This document shows positions 13,760 through 25,349 of a stretch of DNA of 64,000 nt, one piece after another; the first letter of the stretch is position 1, and every line of letters starts with the position of its first letter. The translations under genes were made by a program, and so were the position numbers. The notes below the pieces were generated by a model. That model ran no database searches, was not told the origin of the DNA, and saw only the letters and a list, made by a program, of their open reading frames with translations. Origin of the DNA: Eledone cirrhosa (taxonomy: Eukaryota); the NCBI GenBank assembly GCA_964016885.1, contig OZ024743.1, positions 282,534,001 through 282,598,000 of the forward strand, given 5' to 3'.

Positions 13760-14727
13760 GTATGTATATCCTTTAGATTCACATCAATTTGTTGCTATAT
13801 AACAAATTCTCAAACTTTTTGCCCCCCACCCCTCAGCCATGTAATACTCTCAGCCCCCACCCCATCCTTATTTCTAGAGAGACCTGTCTAGGCGCAAATT
13901 GTAAATAATATATAATAAATAAAATCATTAATTTATATACAATAAATAATATAATATATACTATATTTTTTATTTTACTATATTTATATATAATTGTATC
14001 CTTTGATATTTAATATACTATTATATCATATGTATACAATACTATAATGATATTATAGATAATAAATTTATAGTGTCCCCCAATCCACTGCCAAAAAAGA
14101 GACCTTTCTACATACACAAATATATTTTACTCAATAAAATAATGCATAAATTTACAACACACATTGGAGAAGTCAATAGTATACCACTAAAACAGACCAT
14201 CCAGATAGGTTTTTAGAAGGATGAGTTTGGTGAAGTGAAAGTAGCTTGTCAATCTCGGGCTGAATTGAACTAAGAATAAGTCTGAGATCTCCACGCTCTG
14301 TAATTCAGAGCTTGGACCGCTGCTTTGTAAGAAGGCAAGTGACCACACTGAATCCTCTCTCAACCAAATATGATGTTGGAAAGGCAAGGAAGAACAATTC
14401 GACTGTCTTCCAAATCTCCAGATAGCGCCTGCCCCTGGACCTTCTCAATATCCCCAGGGTGCAGTAACACCTACTTTGAGAACCTCTGCTATATAATGTT
14501 TATATTTGAAATGTGTTCTCCCTCCCAAATTAAGTTTGTATAAGGAATGTAGAGTTCTGATGTGAAGTAGATAGGTGACACATAAATATAACATGGTCAA
14601 GACACTTAATCATAAATCAATTCACGCCAGTAGTGAAAAATAGATGTTAAATTTTGTTGTTTCTTTAGCAAAAGAAACCCCCAGGCTTGGAATAAACTAA
14701 CCTTTTTTTAACACTAAATCTACTACT

Positions 14728-14937
14728 TTAACCCTTTAGCATTTAAACTGGCTGTATCCGGCCAGAATCATCTCACCTTTCTGTTTAAATCAGCCGTAAC
14801 TGGCCATTCATACCAACGTTAAGGTATTGTTCTCAAAATAAATAATATCAAAATCTCAGTATTATGTGAGGTAAAGCCCTTACCAGTCATGGTAATACAA
14901 TAGTAAATATAGAGTAATGTAAATGCTAAAGGGTTAA
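14728..14937. mobile_element. TTAA-flanked MITE (piggyBac-type non-autonomous, family 1)
   Basis: TTAA-ccctttagcattt ... aaatgctaaaggg-TTAA, a perfect 13-bp TIR with TTAA duplications. Confidence 0.85.
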
Positions 14938-14944
14938 GGATGAT

Positions 14945-15355
14945 GGTTCATGGATACATTGAAGCTCCGACGCCTGGCAACTGACTTGGTAAACACCCAC
15001 AAAATTGTTAACCATCTTGCCAACAACCCTGAGTACCTTTTTGATTTCCATGTGTCTAACACACGTGGGCATGCCCACAAAGTCAGAAAACAGCACAGTT
15101 CCCATGACTTTCGGAAACATTTTTTCACGCTCAGAGTTGCTGAAGCATGGAACAAACTACCTGCATCGGTTGTTAGCTGTCGAGACACTGCATCCTTTAA
15201 AACCTCCATCTTCCCGAGATTTGCCAACACTACACCTAATGTTCCCCCTCCATACACATACACTTCCCTGACATTTGTGTATTATTCTATGTGCTATACA
15301 TGCACCTTTGACGAGTTGTAGTGCACCTGAGCACTTTACACAATAATTTCATTAT
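14945..15355 (+). mobile_element. CR1-clade LINE 3' end (ORF2 C-terminus plus 3' UTR)
   Basis: TLKLRRLATDL...TRGHAHKV...RKHFFTLRVAEAWNKLPASVV is the CR1 ORF2 tail. A second copy lies at 27337-27625. Confidence 0.88.
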
Positions 15356-15379
15356 ATATTATATAATGATTCTTCAAAG

Positions 15380-15700
15380 ATCTTTTCTTTCTTGTGGTGT
15401 CCACAAAAGTGTCAGTTACAAAGCTTGAATAGATATGGCTCTGCCACAACTGAATATATTGCTGTCCTTTATCATTAAACTCTGCCAAGTCCAATGCTGT
15501 GCAGAAGTGTTCCATCAAGGGCCATATCAGGAGGTGCTGTGTGGTCTGTAGTTCGATGCTGCAGTCACACACAACACCTCCATCCTTTAAATATCCCCAT
15601 TTTGCAAGATTGACTTTTGCATGTCCAACACCAGATCTTAGTCTGTTTAGGCATTTCCACGCTGTTTGTATCTGCTCCAGGGGGAAGAGCCTCACTTGCC
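15380..15700 (-). mobile_element. Ingi/Vingi-like (I-group) LINE 3' fragment with CCHC knuckle
   Basis: WKCLNRLRSGVG...LAKWGY...CDC...QTTQHLL matches the W..LNRLRTG..KWG..C.CG..QT..H..C pattern. Confidence 0.75.
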
Positions 15701-16168
15701 TTTAGCTCCATTGATTTATCATATTTTATCAACTCAATTTTTTTCTGCTTCTATTCTGAGACAGACACTGTAGATGTGTGATTACAACCATGTGTTTCTC
15801 TTAGATTATTATTGTGTTGCATTTCTGTCCATAGATGAGGCACATTATTCTCTTAGCATTCTGTCTGATAAATTGTACCATCCCTACGTCATAACTATGT
15901 GGTTAACAATAAGGAGGGTATCCAAGGTATAGAAGTACATGTCCTCAAATTCGATAGCATTTTGATTTTTGTTTCTTATCATTCAGCCTCAAATGCTCAT
16001 TTTAAGTATTGCTTGTTTGTAATTTGTGGTTACTATTTTATTAAATTAGGTGTTGAAAACCAGATTAAACTCTATATTTCAGTATATATTGATTTAAAAT
16101 GACAACTAAAAAAAGATTTTGTATATATTTTATATGTCTTTTAAACTTAATCTATTTTTATTATACAG

Positions 16169-16255
16169 AGTATGTCCCCATCAGATCATGAAGATGAGAA
16201 TGATCCTGATGGACAATTTGCATTTAGGAGAAAGAAGCATTGTAATTACTATGCT
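16169..16255 (+). CDS. EPC1: EPC exon (SMSPSDHEDENDPDGQFAFRRKKHCNYYA)
   Basis: AG/GTAAG boundaries and the ENDPDG.FAFRRK..C.YYA signature of EPcB. Confidence 0.96.
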
Positions 16256-16337
16256 GTAAGTGTTTCTCTTTTATTAGTCACTCAGTAATTCTCAATTCAT
16301 TAATTAATGATATATATTAAAGCTGTGCTATTAACAC

Positions 16338-16650
16338 TTAGTGATTAGGGTGTTTGGCACACGATCATAAGGTTGTGGGTTCAATTCCCAGACCAGTTGG
16401 TGTGTTTTGTCCTTGAGCAAGGCACTTTATTTCACATTGAACAGGAGTCCACTCAGCTGGCAAAAATGAGTTGTACCTGTAATTCAAGGGGCCAGCCTTG
16501 TCATACATTGTGTCATGCTGAATTTCCTTGAGAACTATGTTAAGGATGCATATGCCTGTGGAATGTTCAACCACTTACACATTAATTTCATGAGCAGGCA
16601 GTTCCATTGATTGAATCAGCTGGAACGATTTTGTTGCAAGTGGTGGAAGT
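16338..16650 (+). mobile_element. tRNA-derived SINE family B
   Basis: B-box ggttcaattccc and core tgtccttgagcaaggcactttatttcac. Related copies lie at about 49257-49500 (+) and 26930-27040, 34775-34905, 52340-52605 (-). Confidence 0.8.
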
Positions 16651-17480
16651 CCAACACAAACGCTACACTATTTCTTTGTTTCACATTTCCATGCTTTTAT
16701 TGTGTATTATGATTTATTTATTAACCTAAGGAGTGAGCAGTGCCTACAACTTACTGTAGGCCCTAATAAAATGAGGGGACAGATTAGTTTAAGTTCAATT
16801 TCTTGCAAACTAACATCTGTAAGGAAAAAATGGACAAGAATTGATTTCCAGTGGGGTGTGGTTCTAGTTCTGACTTGTACTTATACTTATATTGAGGTTC
16901 ACCCAGTTTAGGTTAAATGTGTCCAATCAGTGCATCCACAGAATCACAGGCAGAGGCTGCCCATGCATAACACTTGCAGACATGTCACAGAAATTGTCAG
17001 CCAGTCACAATTTTAACAGTGGAGACTATATATGCGAGGGCCATAAGTTGATGCTTGATAATGCTGATCTATATTAACTGTCCACCTATTTCTGGAGAAG
17101 AAGGATTAAGAAATGTCTTTAGTACAAGATCTAGGGAAGACGAGGCATGGAATAGTAAGAGACAACAAAGTATACTGTCATTTAAATGTGTGACAAGTCA
17201 ATATTTATCATTATTCATCACACCACCTTGATTACAATAAAGCTTCATGGAATAAAAAACAATTCTCTATGCTTTGTTATATGGTTGCTTCATATAAAAG
17301 AATATTCTTGGTTTTTAATGAATGGTTTCAAGTATACTACTTTCTACTACTTTGACGCTAAACTCCACCAGTTACAGTCTGCCCATCAACAGATCTTTTT
17401 CTCCACAAAGTTTGATCACCAACAGCAGAGTTTAAAAAGCAAAGATCAAGTCCAGTCCATAGGTTGACATTATCAAGCCA

Positions 17481-17930
17481 TCATTTTGGCTGCTTGCCTC
17501 TGCTTCTCTTACCAGCCAACCTTCCTTCCAAGCATAACCTATTCACACCACGAGTTGATCTTTTTATATGACCGTATAGTTTGAGTACTCTTAACTTGAT
17601 GATTGATGTAATTGGTCTGAGTCTGGTAATGTTGAGCAGCTCACTGATACAGATACAGTTGCTGAGCCGCTTGCCAGTCATAAGTCTCATGATGTGGTTC
17701 TGGACTGTAGAGAGTTTCTGAAGTGACCTTGTCATCCAATTAACACAGTCAAGACCATATGGTAGGATGTAAATATCGAAGATCTTAACCTTCAAATGAT
17801 AGGAAACTCGTTTTGATGTTAGTACTTCCTTGTTCTTATTGAAAGCTGCCCAACCTAGAGTGATGTAATACTGCGCAGCAGCCATTCCATTGTTTGATTA
17901 TAGTTTGTTTCAAGTATACCTAATTTCAAA
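17481..17930 (-). mobile_element. Decayed RTE-clade LINE RT C-terminal fragment
   Basis: ITLGWAAF...KVKIFDIYILP.YG...W and LKLYGHIKR...LEGRLAGKRSRGKQPK are RTE C-terminal motifs. Confidence 0.8.
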
Positions 17931-18598
17931 GAACCTATTCTAACTGTTTTCAAAGTAATTTCTGGAAACAAGAACAATAATAGAAACAACTAAAGGGAAG
18001 ATAATCCAAACTATTTGTGTTTGATTTCTTATGTAACATACATATTTACTTAGTAAGATTAATATATACTGTTAAATAGGATCGTGAAATCTTTTTCTTT
18101 AAAACGAAAAAGTCCTTCTTCAACGAATACAGCAAGTTAGTATAAGTCTTGATTTATATAAAAACTAAATATTTTTGAATAGGAAAATAAAATGTAAATT
18201 TTAAATCCCAAAAGTAAATGTGAAAGCTTCAAAACTTGTTTGATTTATATTCTATATACAAACTCGGTGACATTTTAATATTTGATCATCATTGATTTGG
18301 GGCTAAAACAACAGCTCTTATAGTTACTTTTTTCAGTTTAATTTTGCTAAATAATTCTCTTGTGCTTTCTTTTTATTTGGATTTTATTTTTTGAGATAAC
18401 TAAATAAAGTGAAAGAATGTTTGCTAGGTAGAAAAGATATTATTAAGTAACTAAATTAGACACCTTCACACAATACCAGGTTGAAAGTTATATGGCAGGC
18501 AGAGGTACTACAATTTATAGTTAAAGAAACAAATAACACATGAGTATTTGATTTGATTTTTTTAAATTTTCTTATGTCTTATTCAAGCTTAAGATACT

Positions 18599-18696
18599 TA
18601 GTTATTTTATCATAGTTATTTTATCATAGTTATTTTATCATAGTTATTTTATCATAGTTATTTTATCATAGTTATTTTATCATAGTTATTTTATCA
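18599..18696. repeat. Seven perfect copies of a 14-bp unit (tagttattttatca) abutting the 5' end of the RTE LINE
   Basis: Directly visible. The LINE reading frame starts at the next base. Confidence 0.97.
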
Positions 18697-20769
18697 AGTG
18701 CTGAGAAGAAAGATGCATGGAAGAGTCATTATGATAGATTACTAAATGAGGAGAATGCATGGGAAGAAGAGACCCTACCCCACGTAGACCCTATAGAGGG
18801 ACCAGCAGTACAAGTCAGCGGCAGCGTAGTAAGTAAGGCAATCAGAGATATGAAGATAGGGAAGGCAACCGGTCCATCGGGTATAGCTGCCGAGATGCTG
18901 AAGGCATCTGGGTCTGTAGGTCACACTATAACCACACGTATCGTTAACCAGGTAATACTAGAGGGGGCCATACCAAAAGATTGGTGCAGTAGCATCATTG
19001 TCAACTGCTACAAAGGTAAAGGCGATGCACTAGATAGAGGAAACTATAGAGGTATAAAGTTGATGGACCAGGTCATGAAAGTAACAGAAAGAGTTATAGC
19101 ACAGCTGATTAGGGACCGGGTGAATATAGACGAGATGCAATTTGGGTTTGTACCAGGGAAAGGCACCACTGATGCGCTCTTCCTTGTGAGGCAATTACAG
19201 GAAAAGTACCTAGCTAAAAGTAAGCCACTCTACTTGGCATTTGTCGACCTTGAGAAAGCCTTTGACAGAGTTCCACGTGCAGTAATCTGGTGGGCTCTTA
19301 GAAAACTAGGAGTAGATGAATGGCTTGTGAAAGCGGTACAAGCCATGTATAGGGGAGCAGTCAGCAAAGTTAGGATTGGCAATGAGTATAGCGAGGAATT
19401 TAGCGTACAGGTTGGGGTCCACCAGGGCTCTGTTCTTAGCCCTCTCCTGTTCATCATAGTCCTGCAGGCAATAACGGAGGAGTTTAAGACCGGATGCCCA
19501 TGGGAACTCCTGTATGCTGATGACCTCGCACTCATAGCTGAATCTATGGTAGAACTAGAGAATAAATTCCAAACCTGGAAGCAGGGACTAGAGAGAAAGG
19601 GCCTCAAAGTCAACATGACAAAGACTAAGGTCCTTATAAGTAGACGAGAAAACAGAACCCAGATCCCCTCAGGGAAATGGCCTTGCTCAGTATGTAGGAA
19701 AGGTGTAGGTAGGAACTCCATTCTTTGCCCCAAATGCAAACAATGGGTACACAAGAGATGTAGCGGGATCTCAGGAAGCTTAATTAAGAATGTAGGATTC
19801 ACATGCAGCAGCTGTGCTGAAACAGCAAGCAAACAGCCACAGGAAACAAGTACCACCAATCTCTGGGAGGGCCCTGTAGAAACAGTAGACAGCTTCTGCT
19901 ACCTAGGTGACCGAATTAGCAACGGAGGTGGGTGCTCAGAAAGTACAATAACTAGGGTAAGAACGGGATGGAAGAAGTTTAGGGAACTACTACCACTGCT
20001 AGCTGCAAAAAGCTTCTCCCTCAGAATGAAAGGCAGACTGTATGATGCGTGTATCCGAACAGCGATGTTGCATGGTAGTGAGACCTGGGCGCTGAAGGTG
20101 GAAGACTTACGTAGATTAGAGAGAAACGAAGCCTGCATGCTCCGATGGATGTGTAACAGTAATATACGTGAACGACAAAGCATAAATGAATTGAGAGAGA
20201 GACTGAGCATAAGAGGAATCAAATGCTGCGTGCAGGAGAGGCGGTTACGCTGGTATGGACATGTGATGCGTATGAAGGATGACAGCTGCATAAAAAGGTG
20301 CAGAGCACTAGAAGTTGATGGAAACCGCGGAGTGGGGAGACCCAAGATGACTTGGGATGAGGTGATAAAAGCCGACCTTACCCAACTACACCTCTCAAAG
20401 TCAATGACACACGACCGTGACTTCTGGCGTCACGCAGTAATACAGGGTACCCGACCTCCCATGGGTACATGCTGAAGCATATAAACAATATGCCCCCCCC
20501 CCCACCCCACCGCAAGGTGGTCGTGGAGGTGCCACGGCAAAAAAGCACCCAGCCCACACTGTAAAGTGGACGTGTAGGCGCCACGAAAAAGCACCCAGCA
20601 CTCACTGTAAATGAGGTTGGTGTTAGGAAGGGCATCCAGCTGTAGAAATCAAGCCAGATCAGTTCCTGTATGAGCAAGGCATGGTCAGCCGACCAGACAC
20701 TGCCCACAACAGGACAACCCGTCTAACCCATGCTAGCGTGGAAGAACGGACGTAAAACGGTGATGATGA
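18697..20769 (+). mobile_element. 5'-truncated RTE-clade LINE with intact RT ORF, PHD-like zinc finger, 3' UTR and (TGA)n tail
   Basis: Open frame 18697-20475 carries KATGPSG, QFGF, AFVDLEKAFD, GVHQGSVLSP, YADD, YLG, LHGSETW and RRLRWYGHV. No APE domain is present. The element ends in ggacgtaaaacggtgatgatga. Confidence 0.96.
18850..20475 (+). CDS. RTE LINE reverse transcriptase (541 aa from the first ATG, N-terminally truncated)
   Basis: Uninterrupted ORF with all RT motifs. Confidence 0.9.
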   Translation: MKIGKATGPSGIAAEMLKASGSVGHTITTRIVNQVILEGAIPKDWCSSIIVNCYKGKGDALDRGNYRGIKLMDQVMKVTERVIAQLIRDRVNIDEMQFGFVPGKGTTDALFLVRQLQEKYLAKSKPLYLAFVDLEKAFDRVPRAVIWWALRKLGVDEWLVKAVQAMYRGAVSKVRIGNEYSEEFSVQVGVHQGSVLSPLLFIIVLQAITEEFKTGCPWELLYADDLALIAESMVELENKFQTWKQGLERKGLKVNMTKTKVLISRRENRTQIPSGKWPCSVCRKGVGRNSILCPKCKQWVHKRCSGISGSLIKNVGFTCSSCAETASKQPQETSTTNLWEGPVETVDSFCYLGDRISNGGGCSESTITRVRTGWKKFRELLPLLAAKSFSLRMKGRLYDACIRTAMLHGSETWALKVEDLRRLERNEACMLRWMCNSNIRERQSINELRERLSIRGIKCCVQERRLRWYGHVMRMKDDSCIKRCRALEVDGNRGVGRPKMTWDEVIKADLTQLHLSKSMTHDRDFWRHAVIQGTRPPMGTC

Positions 20770-21627
20770 ATATAATTTCCCATAACTGAATTCAAATTAC
20801 ATGATAACAGAAATTGACAAAATACAGCTGAATCTTAAATATATTCTTAAAAACATTATAGTTGAAGACAATTGTAAATTGTCTTTTATGGAAATTAAAT
20901 TGGTGTTTAATTTACACCAAAACCTAAAGTTAGTGTATAAAATGAAAAATAAATGACTAAAAAGTCAGGGAGTCAGAGCAGAGGAAAGATAATGAAACAA
21001 ATGTTTACCTGTAAATTTATATTGAGAAGCTAAGTTACCAGAATCTTCATGAGGTCTGTCTTTTTTTTTTTTTTTTTTTTTTGTTCTTTAGTGCAGTTTC
21101 AATTGAAAGAGCCATTTTTAGCTTTAAAAATAATTATTGTGACTCTCAGAGCCCCAGAAGTTATTATAAACAAAAATACACATAAGAATACATGCATTTT
21201 GATATTTTCTTATTCAATGTGATTTTGAGCTTTGAATCTTATCAGTCATTGTTTCAATGTCCTGGTCATAAATTGTGGTTTTTATTTTAATACAAGATGT
21301 CAGAGCACATTATAACCACACAAAAGAGCCACATGCCACTCCAGAGTTGCAGGTTTTTGGTCCCTGCTATACTTTAACGCTTGATGTTTTATTTTATTAT
21401 TTTAAGGTTTTCAAAATTGATGAATTCTAATATGAAGTAAAAACAACTAGTACTCTATGAGTTGTTATTTTAATAACCACACATATTCATTCTACTTTGT
21501 TTTGAGTACTTTTCCTTAAATTGTAGTTCTCTCTGTTTTCAAAGTGGGGACATATAACAATATAATTAATATTCATAGTACTGAGTGTCTAAATATTACT
21601 CACTATATTTATCTGTTTTCATTGCAG

Positions 21628-21776
21628 CCTCTGGTAGACAGATTAGGCAACTGGCCTTGGTGTAGTTCTGAAGAAGGTGGTTCAACAGACAAAAAATTTA
21701 GATTTTCACTTATGTCTTTATATCCTCCGCACAAATGCATAGGTTATGCAAGGAGGCGAGTAGGACGTGGTGGAAG
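21628..21776 (+). CDS. EPC1: EPC exon (PLVDRLGNWPWCSSEEGG...CIGYARRRVGRGGR)
   Basis: AG/GTAAG boundaries and the GNWPW and CIG.ARRRVGRGGR signatures of EPcB. Confidence 0.97.
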
Positions 21777-22529
21777 GTAAGTATATTTTCTTTAAAATTT
21801 ATGTTGATCTTGTTCAATTATTATTCTCAACATGAGGCCCCTTTTCAGGCAGTGTTTTATGGCTGGATACCTCTCCTGGTGCCACATCTGAGTTGCCTAT
21901 AATGATATACAGATGATGGAAATGTTGTGAAAAGAAATGGAATGAGAAGGTTGAGTGATGTGTTGAGGAAGATTGAAAGTGATTGAAATGAATGTGGAAG
22001 GAAGTAGAGGAAGGGGAAAATCAAGAAAAGCAGCTAAAGATGATGGAGGATGAAATGAAAGCTAGGCAAGTAGTATGGGGGTTGCAGAAGATAGAGCAAA
22101 AAGCAGAAATTTGTTATCATAAACTTAACACATACTTTAGCAGAGAAAACTGACCTGAAAACACTTGTATTGATCTTGTTCAGAGATGAACTGCATTCTC
22201 AAATAAACTGTTTATTGTTAATGAGTGAAGGATTGTTGGTCACAATCTACAGCTGAATCAGTAGGGGTCAGTGGTATATTGTGAAAAAACTGCTAGGATA
22301 AGCAAATTGAATGTTGCATATTTGAGAGATTGTTGCAAGCATTTGAGCCAAATCTCCCAACCAAGGGGAATCCACTGAAGTCACCCAGGTGTCAAGTGAT
22401 GGTGTTAAACCATGCAACAAATTTAGTCTACTACCAAATGATGTACAACAAAATTATTTCTACTCATTTAAAATATTTATCCCACTCCTTTTACTTATAT
22501 GTTTTTTTTTTTTGCTATTTTCTTTCCAG

Positions 22530-22652
22530 AATACTTGTAGATAGAGGGTTTTCTCCCCAAAATGCAATCCTTGAACAGCTGGATCTGTCAAGCTCAAACA
22601 CTGCCACGGGTATCCATCATGATTATATTACATACATCAGGGAAAGAAAAAT
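22530..22652 (+). CDS. EPC1: EPC exon (ILVDRGFSPQNAILEQLDLSS...YIRERK)
   Basis: AG/GTAAG boundaries, phase 2-2, continues GRGGR-ILxDR. Confidence 0.92.
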
Positions 22653-23585
22653 GTAAGCAGTATATCATTTTCTTGCCATTCTATCCTTCTTTATTTCTCC
22701 AGAGTTGGTTTAATATGCTTTTGTGGAATTTTTGAAAAAAGTGTTCTCATTTTCATATTTTTTAATGCAAGTTTTTATTATTATTATTTTTTTTTTTTGT
22801 CTTCATGCCAATTTATTAGGCATTTTTGTACCATTGCCTAGGTTTCAAAGTCAATTCACCCAGCATACAATATGACATCCAGAAGTTAGATTTTTGTTTT
22901 TAAAAACACTCTCTAAGATTTTTTTCAGAATTGTGTCAGTGATTAAGCCATAGATTTAGAACATTTTTTTTTTTTTACATATTCAATAAACTGCAAATTG
23001 ACAGAGCCATACAGACCATGCAGTACTCATTTTGACTTTCTAAGCTCCAAGTTCAAATTTTGCTGAGATCAGCTTTACCTTTCATCCTTTAGGAGTTGAT
23101 AAATAAAGTACCACTCCAGTACTGGAGTTGATTCTTCTTGCTCACTTTCTCTTGATGAAGAAGAAGTCACATGATGCAAAAGAAACCTCCTTCTGAAAAA
23201 AGGTTTTGCACCACTGTACTAAAACATAGTTTGACATACTGTTGAGGTTTCATGTTTCTCAGATAATATTTTCAAAGATTTTTTGTATATTTCTGTTGAT
23301 GTTTTTATAATCTATAATTTCCAAATGTTAAGTGGAACCCAGAACCTTCATTTTTAAATCCTAACAACATCAATTTTTAACATGTAATTACTGATAATCA
23401 CTTCTAGTTGCCATGAGTTAGGATAACTTTTAAATACTGTGTACTGGGTTTTGATTTTGCTTAGGAGAAAATATATTATATCAGCTAGAAGTTAGATAAT
23501 AGTAAAGTTGGTTTTCCATATAATTATATCAAAATATGTACATACACACTTTATATATGTGTGTATGTATGTATATATATATATA

Positions 23586-24195
23586 GTCAGGTCACCACTT
23601 GGTGCTACTGGTAACATGTATCCCAGTACAACCTGTCTCGTGGTCGGGTCGTTGGCGACTAAACTGGCAACCCCACCAAGGTTTCTTGGTGAGGAGGGTG
23701 ACTTTGGACATCCTGCAGGAATAAAAACAAAACCTGTCAAAAGGCAAAGGAGCTCTTAAGAGTCAATGGCCATCCAAAATCACCGGGAGAGATGACCCCT
23801 TAGCCTTTGTCAAGGCAGAATTCTAGGAGAAGGAAAACTCTGATATAACACCTGCAACTCTGATGGTATGCAATGATGTTGACTTGTTCTCCTTTTTGGT
23901 AAATATCATCTTGGTTAAGAGAGTGGGACTGGCTTTGTGCAGTGCCTTTGCTCACTATAAAAGCTTCATGGCACAGGCATTGCTTTATATCTGGAGATCT
24001 CTCTGCACTTGTCGTCACATGGTACCATGGGCCCAGCACTATGTGTCAATAATTATCACAAGTGTAGTGTTTGTACCAAAGTTTTCAAGTCGCTGGCTGG
24101 ACTAAAAAGTCACACTCGTTCAGCGCATCGGTAGGGGGTTCTCTTACATGGATATAAAGTAGTGGCCGTACTCGGAAACGAGTTGGCAGCCACCA
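23586..24195 (+). mobile_element. GC-richer insert resembling an RTE 5' UTR / non-autonomous RTE derivative, within (TA)n
   Basis: Contains ggcgactaa and ctaggagaaggaaaactctga, motifs I recall from RTE 5' UTRs. Flanked by TA repeats. Confidence 0.5.
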
Positions 24196-24322
24196 TTTAT
24201 ATATATATGTGTGTGTGTATGTATGCATATGTATGTATATATATGTGTGTGTATATATATATATATATTATAATAATAATAATAAAAAGGACGATTTCTT
24301 GTCTTCATTATGTTTATTGAGT

Positions 24323-24407
24323 AGTGACATGTGTTTAGCTATTGATCAGTTCAAGGTTTGATCTGTATCGATCTAGCTCGACTCTAGAATCAAAAGCTCA
24401 TCGGACT
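24323..24407 (-). ncRNA. Degenerate minimal type I hammerhead ribozyme (Penelope-derived)
   Basis: Minus strand reads agt-CCGATGA-gct...agc-TAAAC-acat-GTC-act. Stems are preserved, with two core substitutions. Confidence 0.55.
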
Positions 24408-24432
24408 TCTGTTGTGGTAATGACAGAATGAC

Positions 24433-24471
<39 letters not shown>

Positions 24472-24474
24472 TTA

Positions 24475-24676
24475 GGGCGGTGGATTGGCAGTATCGGTAG
24501 AGGGTCGGACACCATGCTTTGACGCATAGAGTTACGGCCCTTGCCATTCTGAGTTCAAATCCCGCCGAGGTTAACTTTGCCTTTCATCCTTACAGGGTCG
24601 ATAAAATAAAGTACCAGTAATGTACTGGGTAATTTGCTGGCCTTGTGCCAATAGTAGAATCAATTATTATTATTAT
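24475..24676 (+). mobile_element. Full-length tRNA-derived SINE family A
   Basis: A/B boxes, conserved core and (TTA)n tail. Confidence 0.88.
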
Positions 24677-24677
24677 T

Positions 24678-25030
24678 TTTGTTCTTTGAGTCTCAGTCAT
24701 TGATGTTAGTTAACTGGAAAGTTTGTTGAAATGTCAGGACGTATCGGAAGGTTCTTGCTGTTCCCAGCAAGCATGCCTTTTGAAGCGTTCCAAAAAGCGT
24801 GGCGGGGCCAATTTTCTTGAACCATCCCTGGAAACTTTTTGAGATAGTCCCTAGTGCGCCTATGACAATCGGGACCACTTTGACTTCATGGCAGTTCCAA
24901 ATCCTTTTTAACTCCCACTTTAAGTCCTGGTATCGGTTAATTTTCTCCCTCTCCTTCTCTTGCACTCTCGTGTCGAATGGGCAGGCCACATCCACAATCA
25001 GGCACAATCTTTTTTCCTTGTCCAAAACCA
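24678..25030 (-). mobile_element. R4/Dong-clade non-LTR retrotransposon 3' fragment (restriction-like endonuclease)
   Basis: LIVDVACPFD...EKEREKINRYQDLKWELKRIW...VVPIVIGALG...LQKACLLGTAR, flanked on both sides by (TTA)n. Confidence 0.9.
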
Positions 25031-25349
25031 TTATTATTATTATTATTATTATTATTTATTACACTCTGATTAGAACTACACCTTTATACTTACTGGAAAC
25101 TGTGCATCGAGTGGTCACTCTGGCGAACCTAGTTACTGGACATTACAATTCCCATATATATGTATATAGATGTCGACAACAATGCTTGCATCGGATGTTA
25201 ATGAATGCTGATTGTGATGGGCTTCTGTTTGCAATGCTGTGGATTCACTAGAATATTAACCCAAGTAAAAAGATATAACATATAATACAGAAATGTTTAT
25301 GAATATTTACGTTTCTTTCTTTTTTTTTTTTTTAAATCTACATTTTCAG

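Noticed and set aside
19230-20345. 209-aa and 148-aa minus-strand ORFs
   Set aside because: Antisense shadows of the RTE reverse transcriptase ORF.
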